DNA of 64,000 nt, taken from assembly GCA_015492645.1 (NCBI GenBank), contig WGER01000027.1, forward strand, positions 11,396 through 75,395. The letters run 5' to 3'. The notes under the pieces are model-generated. The model worked only from the letters and a program-made list of their open reading frames with translations. It was not told where the DNA came from and did no database searches. Positions 57,570 through 64,000 of the stretch are shown piece by piece. Source of the stretch: Nitrospirota bacterium. Lineage in GTDB: Bacteria; Nitrospirota; Thermodesulfovibrionia; Thermodesulfovibrionales; JdFR-85. The translations under genes were made by a program, and so were the position numbers. The first letter of the stretch is position 1; every line of letters starts with the position of its first letter.

Positions 57570-60231
57570 GCCAAGGCCCATAAGGATTGTTAATCTTTCA
57601 GTAAAGAACCTGGGCCCCATACCCGAGTTTCAGGCAACCCTGGGAGACCTGAACCTCTTTTATGGTCCAAACGAGTCTGGTAAGACCTTCCTTGTAGAAT
57701 TTATAATTCAAAGCATCTTCTCAAAAACGACCCACTGGGCACCTCTGAGACAACTGTCTGCCCAGGGAAAGGTTGTAGTGGAAGGGCTTGAGAGAAGACC
57801 TGTGGAGTTTCATCTCAATCAGAGAGGCGGTCCTAAGTTGGATGACCTCCTTGAGAAGACAGTCGTGTCTCTGACGGTGCCTCTGGCAAGGATCCTTGTA
57901 GTAAGGGCTGCTGATGTTAGTATAGGCGACAATGGGCTCAGCAAGGATGCGATAAAGGAGGTCTTTCTGAGAAGGAGATTCTTTGAGAACATACGGGGCC
58001 GGATCCAGAGGGTGGTCCAGGCTGCAACTATCACTGAAGAGGGGCTGATAGATATCAAGAGACAGGGGGAGGGCAAACAGAGGTTTGAGTATATGGAGAG
58101 ACTGCAGCATCTGAATGAGTGTATTGAGAGGGTACAGAGGGGGCTCCAGTCTGCTGAATTGATGGAACTCCAGATAAAGAGAGAGAGTATCAGCCTACAG
58201 ATCGAGCAACAGGAAAGGGCAAGGAGATATGAGGCTTACAGGATATCCAGACAGATCCACGAACTGAAAGGACGACTCTCGGAGATGCCATCGCTGGAGG
58301 AGATAGGCAGGTTAAAGGAGAGGGTGGGTCTTTACTTCAAAAACCTTAAACGGCTTAAGGACCTCCAGAGACAGATTGTCACCCTCCAGCCCTTTTTAAA
58401 GAAAAGGGAAGAACTCGAGGCAGCGATACAGAGACTGATCATGGCCAAGAGGCATCTTGCCTACAGGGTCTCCAGGGAGATAACCGGCCTGGAGGAGCAA
58501 CTCAGAAGATTCCCGGAAAGCGACCTGAGGGACCTGGATCTCACCATCAGGCAGTATCAGGCAGAAAGGGGCAAATACGAGAACCTGAAGAGGGAAAGAG
58601 AGAGAATTGAGGATGAACTCTCTAATCTCAGATGGGTCCCTGAGGCTGCCTCAAGATACCAGCAACTCCAGAACAATCCACCCATTTATAGACCGAATGT
58701 GCCTGTCCTTATACTTGCCGCCCTTTCTTTTTTGGGTGGGATAGGCGGGTTTCTTATGGATAAAGGGATTCTGGGAGCCGCCTTGCTCTTACTCTCCGGG
58801 CTGGGTCTGGGTTATTATCTCTGGAGGTTAAAGAGGGCCTTAGATGACTATCCCAGGGCAAGGGAACTACAGGTGCTGGAAGAGAGGTTCAAGGAGGCCC
58901 TCGGCAGGGATACAGTCGTCTCTGCAGATATTGAAGAACTCAAAAGACAGATTACAGAAAAGGAGGCCATACTGAAGGGGATGGATCTTGAGGCCCTCAG
59001 GGTCTCTCTGGAGGTGAAGGCGAATTCGGTAAAGATGCTTTTTGAGAGGTTGAAGGCAGAGGCCCGCCCCGAGGAGGAGTGGCTTCAGGTCCTGCAGGGC
59101 CTTTATGACAAGAGGGCCAGACTCCTGAGTGAAATACAATCAAGGAAGGAGTTCCTCTCCTCTCTGCAGGTGAAACCCACAGAATATGTCTCTGACCCCC
59201 CCGGGGTGGATTTTGACGAAGATAACCTCCAGCGCCTCCAGCAGGAGATGGAAGAGGTGAAGGAAAAGGTCTCAAGGTATGATCATCTTTATCAGGAGTG
59301 GCAGAGACTGAAACAGGAGATTGATGAGGAAGGACAGGAACTATCGGAGATAATCACCCGGCTTGTGGATAAAAAATTGGGAGAAGAGGAGTGGGGACCT
59401 GCCTTAAGGCGGTTAGAAGGCAGGGTCAAGGCGCTTGAAGACGAGGTGAACAGACTTGAGGGGCTCCTGAAGGGGCTTGAGATATCCCCTGAGGAGTATA
59501 TCACCCAGGAGCCTGAGGTAAAATACAATAAGAGAGTGCTAAATGATCTAAAAGAACAGGAGAGGAAGATACAGGATCTGATTTCTGAGAAAGAAAAGGC
59601 CCTTGAGGTCCTGAAGGCTCAGGCCATCCAGTTGAGTGGAGCAGATTACTCCTCTGACTGGCCCGCTCTCATAGAGGCCCTCTATGAGAAGAGGGAGGAA
59701 GTCCTTAAGGAACTCAGGATGGTTAATGCGAGGATAGTTGCCGGCATCCTGGTTTCACAACACCTGAAACAGATGCAGGAGGAAGAGGACAGACAGATTG
59801 AGGCCCTTCTCAACTCCAGGGAGTTTAGAGACCATCTCTGGTCAATAACGAGAAGGTACCATGGCATACAGTTGATAAGAGACGATTTTGAGATAAAGGA
59901 TGACTTTGGGGCCTTCTCTTTTTCTGACTTGAGCACCGGTGCCCGTGAGCAGGTTCTGCTGGCCCTGAGGCTCGGTATGGCCTCCAGGCTTTCAGGCCAT
60001 GACAGGATGTTCATCATCCTTGACGATGCCTTTCAGCATGTGGACTGGCAGAAGAGGCCCCACCTTGTGAAGGCACTTGTTGATATGGCAAATGATGGCT
60101 GGCAGGTCATTTATCTCACGATGGACGACCACATCCGTGACCTCTTTCATAGACAGGCCCGGTCCCTTGGTGACAGATACCGCTTCTTCGATATCAAGGC
60201 CGTGGCAGAGGGACAGAGGAGGCTCTTCTGA
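57559..60231 (+). CDS. SbcC/Rad50-like SMC-family ATPase with a central two-TM hairpin (YhaN/SbcE-like)
   Basis: Walker A GPNESGKTF. Long heptad-rich coiled coils. TM pair VPVLILAALSFLGGIGGFLM / ILGAALLLLSGLGLGYYLW (about 58696-58830). ABC signature LSTGAREQ and Walker B MFIILDDAF at the C-terminus. ATG 57559 overlaps the upstream stop. Confidence 0.8.
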   Translation: MVAEPRPIRIVNLSVKNLGPIPEFQATLGDLNLFYGPNESGKTFLVEFIIQSIFSKTTHWAPLRQLSAQGKVVVEGLERRPVEFHLNQRGGPKLDDLLEKTVVSLTVPLARILVVRAADVSIGDNGLSKDAIKEVFLRRRFFENIRGRIQRVVQAATITEEGLIDIKRQGEGKQRFEYMERLQHLNECIERVQRGLQSAELMELQIKRESISLQIEQQERARRYEAYRISRQIHELKGRLSEMPSLEEIGRLKERVGLYFKNLKRLKDLQRQIVTLQPFLKKREELEAAIQRLIMAKRHLAYRVSREITGLEEQLRRFPESDLRDLDLTIRQYQAERGKYENLKRERERIEDELSNLRWVPEAASRYQQLQNNPPIYRPNVPVLILAALSFLGGIGGFLMDKGILGAALLLLSGLGLGYYLWRLKRALDDYPRARELQVLEERFKEALGRDTVVSADIEELKRQITEKEAILKGMDLEALRVSLEVKANSVKMLFERLKAEARPEEEWLQVLQGLYDKRARLLSEIQSRKEFLSSLQVKPTEYVSDPPGVDFDEDNLQRLQQEMEEVKEKVSRYDHLYQEWQRLKQEIDEEGQELSEIITRLVDKKLGEEEWGPALRRLEGRVKALEDEVNRLEGLLKGLEISPEEYITQEPEVKYNKRVLNDLKEQERKIQDLISEKEKALEVLKAQAIQLSGADYSSDWPALIEALYEKREEVLKELRMVNARIVAGILVSQHLKQMQEEEDRQIEALLNSREFRDHLWSITRRYHGIQLIRDDFEIKDDFGAFSFSDLSTGAREQVLLALRLGMASRLSGHDRMFIILDDAFQHVDWQKRPHLVKALVDMANDGWQVIYLTMDDHIRDLFHRQARSLGDRYRFFDIKAVAEGQRRLF

Positions 60232-60267
60232 ATTAAGGTCAGAAAGGATTTTACAGGAGGACTTGCC

Positions 60268-60732
60268 ATGAAGGTAAAACTCCAGGACATAGCCGATGCC
60301 ATTGACCTGCAGAACGAGGAGGTCTTTGGCTATTTTAATAAAAAGACAGGCGAGATTTACCATATCACACATGAGGACATCAAATTAGTGGAGGAAGAAA
60401 GGTTTGTAGAAGATATGCCAGACTGGCAGAAGGAAGTCATAGAGAGTACAAAGGAGATATTAGAAAACAGAGAGGGTGTTTATATCCCCCTGCCAAGCAA
60501 GTTTGATTTTCACGAATGGGAAAAGATGCGGAACTTTGCCCTTCAACTGGAAGACGGGGAAATGAGAGAGCCCCTCTATGATGCAATCCATGGAAGCGGT
60601 GCATTCCGGAGGTTCAAGGCCCTTATCCATGAGTTCGGGATTGAAGAGGACTGGTTCAGATACAGAGACCAGGCCCTCCGGGACCTTGCCAGGCGGTGGT
60701 GTGAGGCAAAGGGAATTGAGTATGAGGAGTGA
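60268..60732 (+). CDS. small acidic protein, possibly UPF0158 family
   Basis: SD caggagga. The N-terminus MKVKLQDIADAIDLQNEEVFGYFNKKTGEIY resembles my recollection of UPF0158. Not verifiable here. Confidence 0.4.
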   Translation: MKVKLQDIADAIDLQNEEVFGYFNKKTGEIYHITHEDIKLVEEERFVEDMPDWQKEVIESTKEILENREGVYIPLPSKFDFHEWEKMRNFALQLEDGEMREPLYDAIHGSGAFRRFKALIHEFGIEEDWFRYRDQALRDLARRWCEAKGIEYEE

Positions 60733-60741
60733 GGTGCTTCT

Positions 60742-61473
60742 TTGTCAAACTTCATAACAAATAGCCCTAACAAAAGCCTCAAAAGGAGACTCCAGGAACT
60801 CGTCTCAAAAAGTCGTGAACTAAAGTTCCTTGTGGGCTTTTTCTACTTCTCGGGCCTGAGGGAACTATATGAGGCCCTTAAGGACAACCCTCATGTGAAG
60901 ATAAAGGTCCTTGTATGGCTCAATATTGACAGGACCGCCTATGGCCTTATTGAACACGGACACAATGAAAGAGGACTTTCCGATGAGGAAAGGCTTTACC
61001 AGTTCTTTGAATCCATCAGGAACTCCATAAACACAGAGCAGTTTGACAACCGTGAATTTTACGAGCAGGTCAGGTTCTTTCTTCAACTCATAAAAACAGA
61101 CAGGCTAATTATCAGAAAGACCCATGAGCCGAATCATGCAAAACTCTACATCTTCAAACTTGAAGAGGGACAGGTGGTAAGAAATGCCCTGTTTATTACA
61201 GGCAGTAGCAACCTCACCGCCTCCGGACTGACAGGACAGCAGGAGTTCAATGTTGAGATAAGTGATTACGGTATAGAGGAGGCAGAGGAATATTTTGACA
61301 GACTCTGGCAGAGAGCAATCCCCATCACGGAGGACTCTGTAACAAAGGCCCGCCTCATTGAGGTCCTGGAAAAGGAGACCCTCATTAAGGAGATCACACC
61401 CCTTGAGGCTTCGCCCTGGTCCTCAAGAGTTATCTTGACAGTTTCCGCGGGAAGGACCTCAGCGAGAGGGTAA
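60742..61473 (+). CDS. PLD-like (HKD) nuclease domain, the N-terminal part of a PLD-SNF2 helicase fusion, ended by a frame break
   Basis: SD gaggagtgagg plus TTG 60742. LKFLVGFFYFSG and the HKD motif HAKLYIF...ITGSSNLTASGL. The reading frame ends at 61473, but the next frame is open from 61407. Confidence 0.75.
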   Translation: MSNFITNSPNKSLKRRLQELVSKSRELKFLVGFFYFSGLRELYEALKDNPHVKIKVLVWLNIDRTAYGLIEHGHNERGLSDEERLYQFFESIRNSINTEQFDNREFYEQVRFFLQLIKTDRLIIRKTHEPNHAKLYIFKLEEGQVVRNALFITGSSNLTASGLTGQQEFNVEISDYGIEEAEEYFDRLWQRAIPITEDSVTKARLIEVLEKETLIKEITPLEASPWSSRVILTVSAGRTSARG

Positions 61474-64000
61474 TAGACCTGCTTGAAGAAAATGGCTACC
61501 GAAGGTATAGGTACCAGATTGATGCCGTCAGACAGGCACTTTCCATAATTGAGCGGAACAACGGTGTCATCATTGCCGATGTCGTTGGCCTTGGAAAGAC
61601 GGTGATTGCCTGTGCCATAGCCTTTGAACTTAAAAAGAGGGGGATTGTGATTGCACCACCTGGGATTGTTGGTAATGAGGCAGGCACTGAGGGCTGGAGG
61701 AGGTATCTTGAGGAGTTTCACCTGACGAAACTGGGCTGGAAGGCATTCTCTCTGGGAAAACTTGAAACAGTGGCCGAGTTTGTAGCAAGGGCAAAGGACA
61801 TAGAGGTGGTGATTGTTGATGAGGCACACAGGTTCCGTAACCAGGACACCAAGGACTACGAACTCCTGAAAAACATCTGCAGGGGCAGGACTGTCATACT
61901 CCTTACTGCCACCCCCTTCAACAACCGCCCTTCAGACATCTTTTCTCTCCTGAAACTCTTTATCACACCCAAAAAATCCACCATAACCCTTACGGATGAC
62001 CTTGAATCTAAATTTACTGAGTTCAGGAGCATCTTTGACAAACTCTCCTATATCAAGCGATATGCAAACTCCCCAGACCCAAAGAAGGCACAGAGGGCGG
62101 TCTCCTTTTACAGGGCACTCTTTGGAAAGTCAGAGATAAACCTCTCAGAGGTAAAAGACCGTGCCCACTACATGGCAAGGCAGATAAAACATACCATTGA
62201 GCCTGTAACCATCAGGCGTAACAGGCTTGATCTGCAGGGAAATCCCTATTACCGGAATGAGGTCAGGGAACTCTCAAGGGTGGAAGACCCTGTTGAGTGG
62301 TTTTATGAACTGACAAAGGAGCAGTCAGTGTTTTATGACCGTGTGATCAATGAATACTTTGCCCTCCCGGAGGATGGAGGGCTCTTTAAGGGCGCCATTT
62401 ACAGACCCTTTATCTACAAAGTCGGCATAGACGCCTTTGATGACCTGGCCAGGGAGGAAAACTTTCAGTATATCCAGCAGTTCAACCTTTACGATTTCAT
62501 GAGAAGGCTTCTTGTTAAGAGATTTGAGAGTTCCTTTGGTTCCTTCCGTCAGAGCCTTGAAAACTTCAGGGACATAACCAGCACTGTACTCGGATTTATA
62601 AGGAAAACAGGTAGATACATCCTTGACAGGCAATTACTTATGAGGATTTACACAGAAGACATGGAGACCATTGAAGATGAACTCAGGCAATACGCAGAAA
62701 GGATAAAAAAGGGCGAATATCCCAAACACCACGAAGTCTATGAGGTTGACAAATTCAAAGACCCTGAGAGGTTCCTTTCTGATATTGAATCTGACAGGGC
62801 CCTTTTTGAGAAGATTCTTGAGGAACTGGAAGGCCTTGCTCTGGTAAAACACGATCCCAAGGCAGAATGCCTGATAAAGAATCTCAAATTTCAAATCTCA
62901 AATCTTAAATCTCCAAAGCCAAAGGCTGTCATCTTCTCAGAATACCTTGACACGGTCCGTTACCTTGAGCCCCTCCTGCAGGATGCATTCAGCGGTAGGG
63001 TCTTTGTGGTAAAAGGCGATCTTACAAGGACAAAGACCCGTGAGATTCTCGCCAACTTTGATGCTTCCTATCCAGAGGACCAGCAGGCCGATGACTACGA
63101 CGTCCTCCTTACCACTGACCGAATCTCTGAGGGGTTCAATCTCAACCGTGCAGGCATAGTAATAAACTATGATATCCCATGGAACCCCGTCAGGGTCATC
63201 CAGAGGGTGGGCAGGATCAACCGTATCGGCAGGAAGGTCTTTGACAGCCTTTACATAGTAAACTTCTTTCCCACTGAAAAGGGGGCAGACCTTGTCCGGT
63301 CCCGTGAGATAGCCTCAAACAAGATGTTTCTCATCCACAATGCCCTTGGAGAGGATTCAAAGATATTTGACATAGACGAAGAACCCACACCCTCAGGTCT
63401 TTACAACAGGGTCCAGCAAAACCCTGACACTATGGAACAGGAGAGTTTCTATACAAGGGTCCTGAAGGAGTTTGAAAGGATAAAGTCTGAGCATCCTGAG
63501 GTTGTTAACAGGCTGAAAGACTTTCCACCAAGGGTAAAGGTGGCAAAACCCTCCGACAGGGACGAACTCTTTGTCGTTATCAAAAAGGGAAGGCTCTTTG
63601 TCTATTACAAGGACTACTCTGGCACAGAGATAGAACTCAAGGACCTTGAGGACATCCTTGACAGGGTCAGACCCTCTGACGCCTCCCTCAGGCCTCTCCC
63701 CCTCAGCAAGCGGTTCTGGGATGAGTATGAGATGATAAAGAACTTTAAAGAGACAGGCAGGCTGACCTTAACAGAGCAGAGCATAAAACAAAAGGCAATC
63801 AACAACCTCAAGGCCATGCTCTCTGCGGAGGCAATGGAAGAACTTATACCCCTTAAAGGGTTTCTCAGAACACTCCTTGAAGACATTCTTGACTACGGTA
63901 GCCTTTCTGACTATACCCTGAGAAGGATTGCAAACATAGATTTACAAAAGAACGGCCTTGAGGAGATAAGGGCACTCAAAAGAGAACTTGGTGAGGATTA
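61407..64000 (+). CDS. SNF2-family helicase portion (no own start codon; 3' end outside window)
   Basis: Not in the ORF track because it has no stop in the window. I checked by hand that the frame with codons starting at 61407 is open at the junction (61407-61500) and at 63960-64000. The lack of any + strand ORF after 61473 in the track fits a single open frame in between. Motif I ADVVGLGKT, motif II VVIVDEAHRFRN, motif III LLTATPFNN, motif V/VI LLTTDRISEGFNL...NYDIPWNPVRVIQRVGRINRIG. Confidence 0.85.
62881..62915 (+). repeat. in-frame 7-nt tandem repeat inside the helicase gene
   Basis: tctcaaatt tcaaatc tcaaatc ttaaatc tccaaag, translated NLKFQISNLKSPK. Confidence 0.6.

Overview
This 64-kb window is a chromosomal replication-origin region, with prfB (programmed +1 frameshift), dnaA, dnaN and gyrB at 4.2-10.5 kb and parS-parA-parB at about 53 kb. 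The host is a diderm bacterium (lnt, kdsA, mlaEF, several outer-membrane barrels). It is probably thermophilic and anaerobic, given a full-length reverse gyrase and a cytoplasmic Cys-type formate dehydrogenase with FeS/FAD partner subunits.

Main blocks:
- Housekeeping genes, 1-15.3 kb.
- Formate dehydrogenase locus plus a porin, 15.3-20.7 kb.
- Arsenic-resistance operon arsR-arsC-acr3-usp-arsD-[four-helix-bundle gene]-arsA-orf, 20.9-26.9 kb.
- Sulfur/thiosulfate module, 27.1-32.3 kb: yeeE-tusA-histidine kinase-NtrC-type activator, then a sigma-54 promoter driving a periplasmic rhodanese.
- Permease, ApgM-like gene and aspartate kinase, and envelope glycosyl/sulfo-transferases, 32.5-39.6 kb.
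- KefB-like antiporter and CobW GTPase, 40.2-43.2 kb.
- Complete cyclic-nucleotide module, 43.2-49.4 kb: TPR barrel, FecR, lipoprotein and CHASE2 cyclase, plus a cNMP-binding protein and a phosphodiesterase.
- Reverse gyrase, 49.6-52.9 kb.
- parAB and a histidine kinase with a Cys/Trp-rich tail, 53-56.4 kb.
- DNA-processing or defence-like block, 56.5-64 kb: SbcD-like phosphoesterase, membrane-anchored SbcC/Rad50-like ATPase, small UPF0158-like protein, and a PLD-nuclease/SNF2-helicase fusion with a frame break.

The most unusual signal is not a gene. Families of 7- and 8-nt tandem repeats and perfect hairpins are inserted in frame into coding sequences: twice in the first gene, at the TolQ C-terminus, and in the ArsA N-terminus and inter-domain linker. 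In one case they bracket a four-helix-bundle (23S-rRNA-IVS-protein family) gene like a stem-bounded cassette inside the ars operon.

I found no rRNA, tRNA, CRISPR array or recognisable transposase. All family assignments come from motifs read by eye; no database search was possible.
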